A stretch of DNA of 64,000 nt, from NCBI GenBank assembly GCA_013239625.1, contig MU053513.1, positions 3,888,303-3,952,302 of the forward strand. Reading direction: 5' to 3'. The notes under the pieces were generated by a model. That model was not told the origin of the DNA and made no database searches. It saw only the letters and a program-made list of their open reading frames with translations. Source of the stretch: Lama guanicoe. Lineage: Eukaryota. The position numbers and the translations under genes are program-made. Shown piece after piece: positions 33,950 through 46,873 of this stretch (its first letter is position 1; every line of letters begins with the position of its first letter).

Positions 33950-35700
33950 ATGGATTTGTCTATTTCAGTTTGTTTCTTGTGTGTGTGTGTATCTTGAGGC
34001 TGTGTTATTAGGTGCATACAGATTTAGAAATTTTAAATTCTAGAAGAAAGGATTGACTTTTATTTTTGTGAAATATTCTTTTTCTCTAAAATTTTTCTTA
34101 CCCTAATGTCTATTTTTTCTAATATTAGTATAGGCTTACCAGCTTTATTTTGGTTAGTGCTTGCATGGTATATTTCTCCCATATTTTTACTTTCAGTCTT
34201 TCCATATGTTTACACTTAAATTGTGTTTCTTGTAAGAAGCATTGGGTTTTTTGTAAGAAGCATGTAGTTATATTCTTTTTAGGTATGAAAATCTTTGTCT
34301 TTTAATTGGAGTATTCATTTACATTTAATATAATTATTTGGTATATTTGGATTGAAAATCTATGACTTTTTTCTTACACATCCTTGTTCAATTTCCTCTG
34401 CTCTCTTGCGTTCTTTTGGAATAATTAATATTTATTATTTCATTTTTCATTTTGTTATTTTGTTATGATCTGTCTTATTTTAGTGTTATTTTTCCTTCAT
34501 TACTTTGAAGATACCATCCACAGCCTTCTAGCTCCCATTATTTTTGTTAAAAAGTTCTAGCGTCAGTCTGCTCTGTTTAAAACAAAAACTCTTTACCCCT
34601 GTCTGCCTTTAAGATTTTCTCTTAATGCTTGGTTTTTCAGCAGTTTTTGGAAGATAGGCTTGGATGTGTTTTTAAGTTTATTTTGGATAGAGTTTGTATT
34701 GCTTCTTGAATCATAATGTGGTATTTTTAATCAGTTTTTAAAATTCTTGAATATTGTATCTAGGAATGTTGCTTTTGTCTATCTTCTCTCCCTTTCTTCT
34801 CTCTTTCTCACTTGCTCTCACTCTCTTCTTCTGAGATACAAGTTACATATGTGTTAAACTTTTATCCTGGATCCCATATCTTTTTTTTCTACATGCTTTA
34901 GACTGGATTTTTTCTTATGCTATATTGTCATTCACTAATCCTTTTTAGCTATGTTTATGCCTATCATTGAGTTTTTCAATAACTTTACTTTTTGTTCTAG
35001 AATTTTCATGTGATTCTTTTTTCATAATTTCCCTCTATCTCATGGAATTCTCTACTACGTAAGTAAATTATTTGACAATATTAATCATAGAGATTTTACT
35101 GCATGTGTCTAAAATTTCAATACCTAGATATCTTGACAGTGTATTTCTTTTGTCTGTTTATTTGTTTTTCTCCATTTCAGAAAGCCTTATTTTATTGTAT
35201 GGCTGATTATTTTTCTTTAGGTACTGGAAATTTGTGCGTGAAAATTTACAGACATAGTTTAAGCTCTAGATGATATCTTCTTCCAGAGAGGATTTGATTT
35301 TGCTTCTGGCAGACAATCAACTTTGGGGACGATCACCATAACTCAGAGCTGGGCTTCACTTCTTTTGAGGTCTGATCTACTTCTTACTATTTACCGTGTA
35401 GCTCTTCAGATGTCTAACCAAATGCTGGAGGTTTTTAATAGGATCCTATATCTTTGGAACTCCTTGAACTATTATTTGGCCTCCTGAATCATGAGATTGC
35501 TAAATGCTTTGCTTAGCTTCTCAGCCTCTTAACCTCTCAGCCACTGTCCTGTTGTTTGATATTAGTATTCATCTCTAGACAAAAGTGGCTCCAAATTCTG
35601 GGCTTCTTTTTCTTGGCTTCTCGATTCTTCTAATTTTGTCACACAAATTCTCACTGCCTTGGTCTTTAATAATGTCTAATTGATATTTAATTGAAAATTT
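33950..35700 (-). mobile_element. Ancient L1 (L1ME-type) 5'/ORF1 region, highly decayed
   Basis: T-rich reverse-L1 motifs 'gaggctgtgttattaggtgcatacagatttag', 'ccagctttattttggttagtgcttgcatggtata', 'cttccagagaggatttgattttgcttctggcag'. Confidence 0.65.
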
Positions 35701-35744
35701 TGTATATTCCATTTTCTCTTCTTATCATATAAATTAAGCTTCTT

Positions 35745-38420
35745 TTTTTTAACTTTTTAAAATAGTTGCCCTAGAGTTTGCAATACATGTTTATAATTAA
35801 TCCAATTCCATCTTTGAATTCTATTACATTGCTTAATGAGTAGTATGAATACTTTATGAACAAAATAATGTAATTCCTTCCTCCTCTCATTTGTATCATT
35901 GTTGTCATTCATTTTATTTGTATCTCCCAGGTACAAATCTTTTCTTGTTTCTAGAAAAAAAGGCTTCCACTTCCTTGACACTCCCTGAGTTCCAAAGGGC
36001 AGAGTCAAATAATTGCTTATCAGGGAAGGGAGGAAATGCAGAAACAAAGGAGGAGAAGTCAAAAACAATAGTGAAGTGATGTGGCAGGGTCCTGGTTCCT
36101 CCTCAAGGAATATACACAACAATATCTTTGAGTATTTCTGTAGGAACAAGGCCCCCACTCAGCTGGAAGATGGTAACTTCAGGCTAAGCACAAGACACCT
36201 GGTACCCCACCCTGTTACCTTACCACCACCCAATCAGAAGAACATCCACACACAGTGAAAGATAACAAAGACACTGACCTTCTCTTCAAATGATTCTTTC
36301 TCTGAAACTTTCTTGGTTGAGCAGAATCTTCAGAGTTGGTTTTTGAACAGGAGTCCACCTTCTCCCTAGGAAAGCAAACTTTTTTCCCAGCCGACACTTG
36401 CCTCTCAAGTATTGGCTTTCGAGCAGTAAATAGTTGAACCTGAGTTTGGTAACAATTTCACTTACATAAAAGTGAAATTATATATGTTTAAATGCATATA
36501 CATAAATTAATATATATAACATACATAATCAAATATATTGTTGCTATTATTGTTTTGAACAAACTGTGAACCATTGGATGAGCTAAGAATAAGAAAAATA
36601 AAAGTTTTTATTTTACCTTTACTTATTCTTTCTTCCATGTTCTTTGTTTCTTTATGTAGATCCAAGTTTCTGACTTTCATAGCTTTCCTTCTCTTGAAAG
36701 AACTTCTTAGCATTTCTTGAAAGGAATGTCTACTGGCAACAAATTCCTTCAATTTTTGTCTTCCTGAGAAAGTCTTTATTTCTCCTTAATTTTGAAGAAC
36801 AATTTCTCAGAGTAAAGAATTCTCCATTGATGGCTTTTTTCTCTCAACACTTAAAATATTTCACTTCACTTTCTTCTTGCTTGTATAGTTTTTGAGAGGT
36901 TGGATGTAATTTTTATCTCCATTCTCCTATAGGTAAGGTGTTTTTTTTCCCTCTGGCTTCTTTTGGGTTTTTTCTTTACCGTGACTTTCTATAGTTTGAA
37001 AATTATATTCCTAGGTGTGTGTAGGTTTTTGTTTCTTTGTTTTGTTTGTCTTATGTTACCCTGCTTGGTGTTTTCTTTTCTTCCTGGATGTATGGTATGG
37101 CTTCTGACATTAATTGGGGGAAATTATCAGTCATTATGGTTTCCAATACTTCTTCTTTTCCTTTTTCTTTCTTTTCCTTCTGGTACTTCCATTACGTGTA
37201 TGTTACACTTTTGTAGTTGTCCCACAGTCCTTGGCTAGCCTATTGAGTTTTTTTTTTTTTTTCAGTCTTTGTTCTCTTTGCTTTTCAATTTTGGAGGTTA
37301 CTGTTGATATATCCTGAAGCTCAGAGATTCTTTCCTCAGCTGTGTCTGGTCTACTAATAAGCCCATCAAAAGCATTCTTCATTTCTGTCACAGTGTTTTT
37401 GATCTCTAGCATTTCTTTTTGGTTCTTTCTTAGGATTTTCATTTCACTGCTTATATTACCCATCTGTTCTTGCATGCTGTCCAATTTATCCATTAGAGCC
37501 TTTATCATATTAATCATAGTCATTTAAATTCTCAATCTGTTAATTCCAGCGTTCTCACCATGTCCTGATGCTTGCTCTGTCTCTTCATGCCTTTTGATAC
37601 GCCTTGTCGTTTTTTCTGGATAGCCAGATATGATGTCCAGATAAAAGGAGCTGCTATAATTAGGCCTGTAGCAGTGTGGTGGTGAGGTATGGGAGGAGGG
37701 GAGGCTTTCTAGAGTCCTGTGATTGGGATTCAGTCATTTAATGAGTCTGTGCATCTGGACTTCACATGTGCTTCTCAAGTCCCCCTTCCCTTCCTCCACT
37801 GCCCCGCTCCCCAACTGCCTTAGCTGGGAGGGGATATTTCCTTTCTCCCATGTGGCATGCTAGAGCTGATTGGAGTTGGATGTTTCCCTTTCCTAAATCA
37901 GTTGGGCTCGGATAATACCCCAGCAAGCCAGGCTCTGGAGTTTGCCCTGAGGGCAGGCCTTGTTGAGAAGAACTGAGTGCTCTGGTGTATTTCAGATCAG
38001 TTTCTTTTCCCCTCCTCTGCTGGAAGCCCAGGGGGATTTTTCTGGTAATTACTGTGGGAATCTGTTCCAGTTCCTGGAGGTAAACCTCACTGTATTGTGA
38101 GGACCTCCCCATGACGGGGCCCTCCTGGAGTTTATAACTCTCAGAGTTGTCCACATTCAGCAATTCATCAATTATAGTTCGGGTTTCCTACCCCATTACT
38201 GGTTCTCGAGGAACTTTTTGCTCGTGAGTTCCATTCTGGCCAACTGTGACTGCCTGTATCCTCCTGTCTCTTCAGTCCTGGGGACAACAGTTTGCCCTGT
38301 GTCCTCTCCTGTCAGTGGCTCCAACAGTTGTTGAATTTTCAGGCTGTGCTACTTTTTACTTGTTGTTAGGACAGAATGGCAACTTCTAAGCTCCTTACAT
38401 CCAGAACTGGAAGCCTGTAA
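35745..38420 (-). mobile_element. L1 (L1MC/MD-type) 5' UTR and ORF1 remnant, interrupted by an LTR
   Basis: ORF 37203-37523(-) 'MDKLDSMQEQMGNISSEMKILRKNQKEMLEIKNTVTEMKNAFDGLISRPDTAEERISELQD' resembles the ORF1p coiled coil; 36507-36752(-) resembles the ORF1p C-terminus. Confidence 0.85.
35915..36454 (+). mobile_element. ERV1-class solo LTR (lineage-specific, about 540 bp)
   Basis: Ends ...aacctgagtttggtaaca; 4-bp TSD ATTT (35911-35914 / 36455-36458) that restores the host L1 'cattc-attt-cacttac'; internal CCAATCA. Confidence 0.75.
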
Positions 38421-40299
38421 GTCTCCTCCTTCTCTAATTAATATTCAGAAATTGTTTCCCTGCTTTCTAATTGTTCCTGGTGGTAAGGTTGGCCTAAACA
38501 GCCTCCTCAGGTGTTGCCATAATTGTAACTCAGCTCTACCCTGTTATAATCCTACTCTTTAACTCCTATTCCTGCCCTACCCTTGACTTTAATCTTACCT
38601 TCTTAACTTGGGTTCCCTGATTTGATCTTCATGCTTTCTAAAATCTTTGGCTTTAATTCACATCTCTGATCTTCCTATTCCTCACAGCCTCTAGTAGTAA
38701 GCCTTGTCATCACAGGCATTTCTAGAACCCAAACACCACAACAGGCTGTCTTGATTGATGTTTCACTTGTCCAACCAAAGCTCTTTTTTAAATAAAGAAT
38801 ACATGTCCATTCAAGATACCCCAAATAAAGGAGAGCTGCTGTAAGGATACAACAGACAGTGTGATGAACATTTAGTTACAGGGAATGAACAACAGCCTGC
38901 TTTCATGTGTCTTAGCATTGGAAAAGAAAAGGTATTCTTTCTGTCTCTGTGCACACACATTCTCTGTTTGTCTCTCTTGCATTGTTTCTCAGTTTACAAT
39001 AGGGCAAGCAATTCAGTTTCATGCTTTCCTCTTATATCATTCATAGAGCTTTTAATTTATGAGGGTTTTAATTTTGTACATACCAATTTTTAAACCTTTA
39101 AAAGCTAAGGACCTGTGACTAATAAGTATTTAAGGATTCCGCTACCTAAAGCCTATCGCATTTCGTCATCCCTCTAAAGAAATTATACAAAATTAATAAC
39201 AGTTAAATGAGAAAGTATAAATACATTAATTTCTCTATAAGTACTGTATATCCCCAAATATAGCTTAAACCAAGCTGGGGCACATGGCTGGAGCTAAACA
39301 CCAAAATAAGGCCTCTTCCTTCCTTTTCTGAAATAATTATGTTTCCTAAATCCTTATCTATTCATCCTCCTTCCTTCTCCTGAAACTGAAGGTAGAATAT
39401 TTCTTCCAGAGCAATGACACACACATTCTTCAAGATTACTTCTTTTTGTTTCTCTAAAGGTGTCTAATTATTTCCTCTCTTTAGCAACTAGCTTTTTCTC
39501 TTACTAATTTTTCACATGGTCCAACATGGCTATCCTGGCCCGGATCATCCAACTCAAGTTCTGTTACTAATTACTATAGTCTCAATTTCTTCTTCATTTA
39601 AATTGTTCATTCATTTGTGGTGAAAGCAAAGAATTGGTCTTGCACCTGGTGTCCATTCTTGTCTAATAAGCTGGGGCCATGATGGTAGGGTCATATGGCA
39701 GATAGGAATGCTCCTTTCAGACTCTCTGAGAGGGAAATTAAATCCATAAAAAGGAATTTGATGTGTGAGGCAAATTAAAGTCCTCAGAACACCTACCTAG
39801 TAGCTTATTCACTAGGATTAAGACATATGTGGACAGAAAAGGATGTGAAAAGGGGTAAAACAAGGTGACAGATAAATAATCAGACTGACCAAAGATAATG
39901 ATATGTAATGAGATCCAAGACTAGAACAACAGCACAGATTTTTCTCACTATCAAATATTACTTATAAATTGCTATATATCTATATATAATTAAATTAATA
40001 GTTATTGAATAGTTATATCCAACTACACTTAAGTAATAATCTGTAAGAGTAGGTAATCATGAAAATATATCCCTGTACATACTTACTGATAAAGACATAT
40101 ATAGGCAGATAGATAAAAATAATTTGATAAATACATTGATCATGAATTTTATGCTGTCATAAATAAGATCATTTAATTTAGTCTTGACTTAAATAGAAGA
40201 AAAACTGAATTGAAACTCCAGAGCCACTGTACTTAATTGTTCCGAGTACAGTTTGAATGGTACTCCCTGGAGTTGGGCAGTGAAAAATCTACACCACTG

Positions 40300-41600
40300 T
40301 ATGTTTCAGGCTCTTCAACTTCAAATAAATATTTCTACTTTGTAAGACCTATTATTTCACAAAAAATTTCTTGAAAGTTAGGTATAAAGGTTATGGAAGG
40401 TAAGTTGTGAATGATATGTTTTCATATTACATATTATGATTCCTCATACTTCCTCTCTCTTCTTCTCATAACTTGTATGTTATATTATTGCTTGTTCATT
40501 GTCAAGGTTAATAACCTTTAAATTGGCCTTCAGTCTTTTAGCTTGGCTTCTCCATTTTTGAATCCTTGATTGACTTACCTACTAATGATGTAGAGTTTGA
40601 GTGATTTTTATACCATGACTGATGTATTCTCTGAGTTTTTCACTTTTGCAAATGTCTATCTTTTTTAATGTTTGAAAGATATGTTAGCTGGATGTAGTAT
40701 TTTTGGATAACGTTTTCATTCTTGCTGAACTTTATAAATATTGTTCCAAAGTGTTCTGGAAATCATTTTTGTAGGGAAGTCTGAAGCCACTGTGACTTTT
40801 TTTTTTCCTGCAGAGAATTCCTGAAGAACTTTTTCTTTATTCTTGAAATTCAGTGACAATGAGGGTATATCTTTCTGCTGATCATTGTTTTTTTTGTTTC
40901 TTGGAACAGAATGTTTTCTGATATGCAAATTTAGGTTTACCTTCATACCTGGGTAGTTGTCTTGTATTATATCTTTGGATATATTTTGTTCTTCACTTCT
41001 GGGGTTATAATTCAAAATCACTCATTATATCTTTATTGTAGTCTTAGCTTGTCCTTCATATCTGTTAGCTTTTCTCTAATTGTTTTAATTGTCTTGGCTT
41101 TTTTCTCTGCATTTCCTATGATTATCTTAGGCTTTTTCTTTGTGTCAGTAATTCTGTTTTGTTTCTTCCTTCCTCTAATTTCTTTAGTAGTTTTAAAGAA
41201 ATGTTATTTTTCCCTTAATGCTGCAATCTCCCATTTTATCTCCTCTTATTGCTTTTTAATCTCAACTTTTGTTGATGAAGAGCTTATTTTATTAATCATT
41301 TTTATTATGTTCTTCTATAGCAACACACTCATAATGAATTTTTTCCAACCTTTGGGTTTTTATTAGAAAAGCCTATGAACTCTATTTTGTATACCCTTAT
41401 TTTTCCCCACTGTTTTATTTCTATAGTGCAATAACTATAGTTGCTATGCCATTTCCCCCACCCAAATGTTGCTTATGTTTAACGTAAGTATCACTTTTCT
41501 AGACATTCTATTTGTTTTGGTATAAAATAGATGAATTTCTCTTGAGTTTGATTTACTTTTCCCTCTAAGCTAAATTTTGGGGCTGGATAATTTGTATTCC
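40300..41600 (-). mobile_element. HAL1/L1ME ORF1 remnant
   Basis: ORF 40716-41021(-) 'IIQDNYPGMKVNLNLHI...LNFKNKEKVLQ...VASDF...LWNNIYKV' resembles the ORF1p RRM/CTD. Confidence 0.7.
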
Positions 41601-42265
41601 ACCTACTTTTCTATAACCTGAGGGTATGAGAGTGTTTCTAAAATTGGTTAGAGCTCATACAAAATTGTATGAAGTTTTACTATAATAACCTAAGCTTTGC
41701 TTTCCTGTTTTTATAAAACATAGCCTAAAAATTCACTTCACTTTATAACAAATATATCTCATTCCTTAGGGCTTTAAGTAACTCTCTTGGTTCAGTAAGG
41801 AGCCCCATAGCCTTTGTTTCTAATATATAACCCTAAAAACTAATTTCACCAGTCCCTAAACCAACCTTCTCCACATCTATGTCATACCCTTTCTCTCAAG
41901 CTAATCAGGACAGAGAGAGAGAGAGTAAAAGGATATCTTCTCTCTCAATTTATTTATCTCCAAATTTGGGATGTTTAGTGAGAATTCTCAGAATTTTCGA
42001 AGTCACCAGAATTTCTTTTGTAGCACTAGAAACCACTTGGTGCTAGAAATTCACAGTTTTTATGAAGGATCTTTGAAGACCTCCACTGAAAAAAACTACT
42101 TAATTTTGGTAAATCCAGTATTTCTCCTACTTATACAAATTACTTTCTCTGGGATAATGCCCAGTATTAGTTTGGGAACTTTGACTTCTGAATTCCCCTG
42201 AATTCACATATTCTAAATAGGGATTTGAAAAATACATAAATAAAAATAAATAAACCTAATTATCT

Positions 42266-42377
42266 GGGGGGAGTGTATAGCTCAGTGGTAGAGTGCATGC
42301 CTAGCATGCACGAGGTCCTGAGTTCAGTCCCCAGTACTTCCATTAAAAAATACATAAATAAAAATAAATAAACCTAA
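42266..42377 (+). mobile_element. tRNA-derived SINE (camelid Vic-1-like)
   Basis: Pol III A box TAGCTCAGTGG (42278-42288), B-box-like GAGTTCAGTCC (42320-42330), A-rich tail ending aaacctaa; 16-bp TSD ctaaatagggatttga (42213-42228 / 42374-42389). Confidence 0.85.
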
Positions 42378-43368
42378 ATAGGGATTTGACAGCCAGCCAA
42401 TGGAATGAGGGTCAGGCCCAGTGTGTGGCTGATCTGATAATGTGTGGGTGGGGAAGAAGAGTACATGGGGCATAGGCCAGTGGGATATCATGGATGGTGC
42501 CCCATGGCTGGAACTTCACTAATATGATTTTTCTGGTGTTGGTTGAGAGAAAGAAAAGTCAAGGAATCAGTCTAAGTTGTATTCTAGAGAAGATGGAGGG
42601 TTGAAACTAGAAAAACCAAATTCTAAGGACTAAATTTTCAGTCAGGAAGAGAAAGTTAAACCAAGAAGATGTAGGAGTTGGGTAGATGCAGGAACAGAAT
42701 GAGGAAGGAAAAACAAGGATGGGAGGTAGGAGGTATCAAAATTATAAAGGATAATTACCTGATATTGAGCTGCGGCAGCCACATCTGCTGTCTCTGGGGA
42801 GGTCAGTCTCTAGTAGAGGCTTTGGACTGTGAGAGTATTGATGGTTAATGGACTCTGTTTCAAGTTTAAGTCTGTCTCTGTCTGATGGCGAGGACTATGT
42901 CAGTTTATCCTTGGGTATTCAAACAATATGAGATTTTCTAATTATTAGCTTACCCTGGATATAACTGTCAATTGCATTAAAAAAAAATTTCAATAGCCTG
43001 GCATTAATACAGTGAGTATATATGTGAAGTAACTGGCACAATGCCAACAGTAGATTTTTCGGTGTTTAATGAATTCAAGGTATTTGATATTCCTGGGAAC
43101 TGTAGGGTGTTCAACTCTCACCCAAACTCATGCAACAGTAAGTTGGGATGATCATTCTATGAGATAGTTACTGGTCTAGGTCTAGGTTTTATGCCACACA
43201 TTGTGCCAGGGTGTTGATACACACTGTTAAAAAAGATATAGGTCCAGGCCTCAGAGAACTATTTTAAACCCTAATGGAGACCACTGTATTGATTAGTTCC
43301 ATCAGAGTTAATGTCCAGCTCTCCTTATCAATACTTGAAAAGATTTACTTAAAATGACATCTTTAAAA

Positions 43369-43521
43369 CAGCAGTTCTCAAGTTTGGTTGCATATTAGAA
43401 TCCCCTGAATAGCTGAAGCCTGCTTTTTATTCCAGGCCAATTAAATCAGAGCACTTGGGTTTGGACTTAGGCATCAGTAGTCTTTAAAAAAGTCCTAGGT
43501 TCAGGCTGTGTTGAGAACCTG
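43369..43521. mobile_element. MER5A-like hAT-Charlie MITE
   Basis: 'cagcagttctcaagtttggttgcatattagaatcccctg...ccaattaaatcaga...ttgagaacctg'. Confidence 0.7.
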
Positions 43522-43929
43522 TGTATGAGAGGGAAGACACAAAGAGTCAATCAGAAAAATCTAAAACAACACAATGAGTGAACTATGTACTGGGTTTTAA
43601 ATACTTAGGCATAAGTATTTATGCTTATAAATATGAATACAACAAATTAAGAATATAACACATGGATATAATTACCAATCTCCTTCACTAGGATTTTGGT
43701 AAAAACCCACAGCTAGTTTTGCTTGAGTTAATGTCTTTGTTCTGGTTTTGTTATTGACTTTGATTCAATATTTTTTCTGTCTTCTGCTTGTTTCCTATTT
43801 TATCTTACCCTTCATTGTTTACATTAGTATGAAATTCTTATTGCAAAGTATTCTCACTCATTCTGCAGCTATTATAATTCGATCACCAGAATACATAGCA
43901 GTCATTCTTAGATCTACCTTAATTTTAAT

Positions 43930-44070
43930 ACTTGTAGAACTTTAAAAAAATGCTGATGATTGGGCTTCAGAGCACTTAAATCAGAATCTCTAGGAATGAG
44001 ACCCTGTCATTGGTAGTTGTTTGAAAGTGTTCCAGATGATCCTATATACCCTAGGGTTTGAAAACCCTAG
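43930..44070. mobile_element. MER5-family MITE fragment
   Basis: 'aaaaatgctgatgattgggc...aaatcagaatctctagga...ttccagatgatcct...gggtttgaaaacc'. Confidence 0.55.
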
Positions 44071-44071
44071 T

Positions 44072-44358
44072 GTGATGAATTGTTATACATAAAAATAGAC
44101 CCCAAAGTATTATGCCTCTTTGGGTCCACAAACTTTGCAATGTGACATTTCCCATCAACAGGTGGAGCCTGTTTTCCCATCTTGACCATAGGCTCTTACT
44201 GGATTCTCCAGATGAATATAGCATATGAGTAAGTACAGGTGAGATCAAGAAAGGAACCACCCAACCAAACCCTCAGAATAGAAAGAAGTAATAAACTGTA
44301 TTTAAAGCCATTTAGTTTAGGGATGGTTTGTTACCCAGCAAAGGCTAACTGAAATACA
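44072..44358 (+). mobile_element. Old MaLR LTR (MLT1F/G/H-like), internally deleted
   Basis: 'ctttgcaatgtgacatttcccatcaacaggtggagcctgttttccc' and 3' end 'tttaaagccatttagtttagggatggtttgttacccagcaaaggctaactgaaataca'. Confidence 0.6.
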
Positions 44359-44904
44359 GTACTATGGAGGCTTTCTGTTATAAACTATAAGAAAAAAGCA
44401 GTACTCTTGATTTTTTTTCTTTACTCTTATTTTTATTGCTTTTGCAGGAACTACTGTAACAAGTGCCTTTGAACCTCTTTCTATTCTCCCAAGATTCTCC
44501 TTCAGACTCTTTTACTACTGAAAAAAAATGAGATATAGGCAGAAAAAGAGTTTCATGTCATTGTATAAATGTCTTCCATTTTTCTCTAGGGTACTTTCCC
44601 AGTCTGATTACCAAATGTTTCCTTTACAACTATAAAGATCAAAGGAACCACCTGCCCCAGGGACCGTGGCTTAGGCAGACTTTCATAACACTACATGTGG
44701 ATTGCATCAACACGTCCTGAAATTTGCCGAGACTCAGTTTCATAAGTTAAGATCCAGAATAAAGAAATCTCCTTGCATTAGCAAGATGGCCACATTTAGA
44801 TTGATCCAGGAACAATTTGCAGTCTCCAATCAATTTGCTTATTGTGGGTCATGTAAAAGAGTTGTAGTTTGCACCTTCACTGTGCTATCAGTGATGAAAA
44901 TTAC

Positions 44905-44972
44905 TATAATTTTGCAGTAGTAATAATATTAAGTATTTTATAATTTTGCAGTAGTAATAATATTAAATATTT
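44905..44972. repeat. 34-bp tandem duplication (2 copies, 1 mismatch)
   Basis: tataattttgcagtagtaataatattaa(g/a)tattt x2. Confidence 0.95.
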
Positions 44973-45059
44973 TAACAGATCCAATTGGAATGTCTTCCTT
45001 GCAAAATCAGCAGTGAATGAGAACAATAGTTGTGTATATTGTTACTTGCTAGGTCGGTG

Positions 45060-45295
45060 GGAGGAAATGTCATGGACCTGGAATCCAAAAACATGAGTTT
45101 GACACAGTTCTACTACTTATCTTTGGGTAACCTTGAGTAAATCACTAAACTTTTTTTTTTTTTAATCTTGGTTGCCTTATCTATAAAAGTGAGATAAAAA
45201 TACTATCTCCAGAATATATCTAAGGATCAAAAATGATAATATAAAATATAAGTGCAATCTTTAAAGCTTACTTTAAATGTAAGATGTTATTATTC
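45060..45295 (+). mobile_element. MIR SINE
   Basis: 'catggacctggaatccaaaaacatgagttt...ctactacttatctttgggtaaccttgagtaaatcactaaac'. Confidence 0.55.
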
Positions 45296-46767
45296 TTGGT
45301 ATAGTTAGCACCAGAAGAGAATAAATATGGAAAATTTTTCCTGACAACAGCTGAGAAAAGTCAACTCATATTCTCATAGCATTAGGGAAAGTGAATACTT
45401 TATATGGCTTCCCAGTTTTCTTTAATCTCTGAATCTCAAAGCACCTTGAAGGATACTTTCATTAATTTATAAAACCCCATGAAATACATTTGTTCCCCTT
45501 TAAACTTCCTTTTAAACCAGGCACCTTTTCTAGGACATGTAAATTTAAGCCTAACCCACTAAGGGCCCCCAGATTTGTGAATGAATAGAGGGGTTCTGAT
45601 CCTTTTTTTATGTTGTAATTTTTGTGTCTTATTCAAAATATGCAAGTCTCTTGATCTTGTCTGCCTTCCCTAGAAGCCTGTCCCTTGATGCTTTGATGCA
45701 GTGAACATGCCTATGAAACTCAAATCCTAGACAGGTGGCAGTCTTCTCATTCCTTACATGTCAGGGATAGAGTTTGGAGATAATGTATTAATCTCTTTCT
45801 CCTTTAAGTGTTTGAAAGATACCCATTAAAAATATGTGAACCAGATTCTTATACTGCCCAGGTTGACTTCTGGGTGGAATTCGAACCTTTGAAGGCTGCA
45901 TTTGACTCTTTGGCTCCTTGACCAGCATGTAGGAGGGTTTTTTTTTTCCCTACTAAGTAGTAGTCTGCTGATATGAATGCGCTAATGGGACTCTCAGCCA
46001 AGTCTTATTTAGAACAAAAAGATGTAGCAATCATTATTCTCTATATTCCTATGGCTTCCTTTTCAAGGAGTTCAGAGAGCCCTGCATACATTATTTGGTT
46101 TTCATAAGTAAGGTGAGCTAGATGAATTATGTTATTATATTAGAAAAATTTACCTTTACTCCAATGTTCTATTGTCATATCTTCTGGCATCTTTACTTAT
46201 CTTACTAATATTTAATGATCTGTTCTTTTTCTATGGATGTTCCAGATTATCTCTTTACCCTATTGAGATGAATCTGATTTCTGTCTGCTCCCTCAAACTC
46301 TGCTTTTAAAGGAAATGGTATGTATGTCTATAGATTATTAACATGATGTCCTGGTCCAAGGAAGGGGCCATTAATGGTGAATTTCTTAGTTTGAGACCAG
46401 TAATGTGTGAGAAAGGACGATACATTTTGGGGATGATACCTTTTGCTACCCTTCAGAATAAACCACATAGGTATTTGCTTATGTGTAAAGCTTATGCTGT
46501 TTGTAATATTTTCTTTTAGACAGAAATTACTTGCTCAAAACTCTATTTTAGGGTGAGAGAGACTGAGGTACAGTATAGATTGATAACATGAAAAGAAAAC
46601 ATAAGCCAATTTTTAGTAGGTTATGATTCTGATAATATTAATGTTTTCAGCCTCATATCTGCCTTTGATAGGCTCTCACAGAGATTTCCAATACCCATGC
46701 TGAAACTTAGATCAGATAATTAGAGTACTTTAAATTTGAGACTGCCAGAGGTTTATCAGACTGATTT

Positions 46768-46873
46768 CTCCCTTTTTTTTAATTGAGGTATAGTCAGTTT
46801 ACAATGTTGTGTGCTTGGTGTATAGCACAATTCTTCAGTCATACATTAATATACATATATTCATTTTCATACT
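46768..46873 (-). mobile_element. Short young L1 3' end
   Basis: 'tttttttttaattgaggtatagtcagtttacaatgttgtg'; 17-bp TSD gtttatcagactgattt (46751-46767) / gtctatcaaactgattt (46874-46890), 15/17. Confidence 0.85.

Noticed and set aside
36915..36940. Recursive-site-like ctcctatag|gtaagg
   Set aside because: Lies inside antisense L1 ORF1 sequence, so it is most simply repeat-derived.
42266..42342. tRNA (Ala-like) gene
   Set aside because: A and B boxes are present, but the A-rich tail and 16-bp TSD identify a tRNA-derived SINE.
44430..44450. Strong isolated acceptors (also near 11088, 26867, 63238, 63860)
   Set aside because: No convincing paired donor or reading frame; such sites are common in T-rich introns.
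44905..44972. CRISPR-like repeat
   Set aside because: Only two abutting copies with no spacer, in a mammalian genome.
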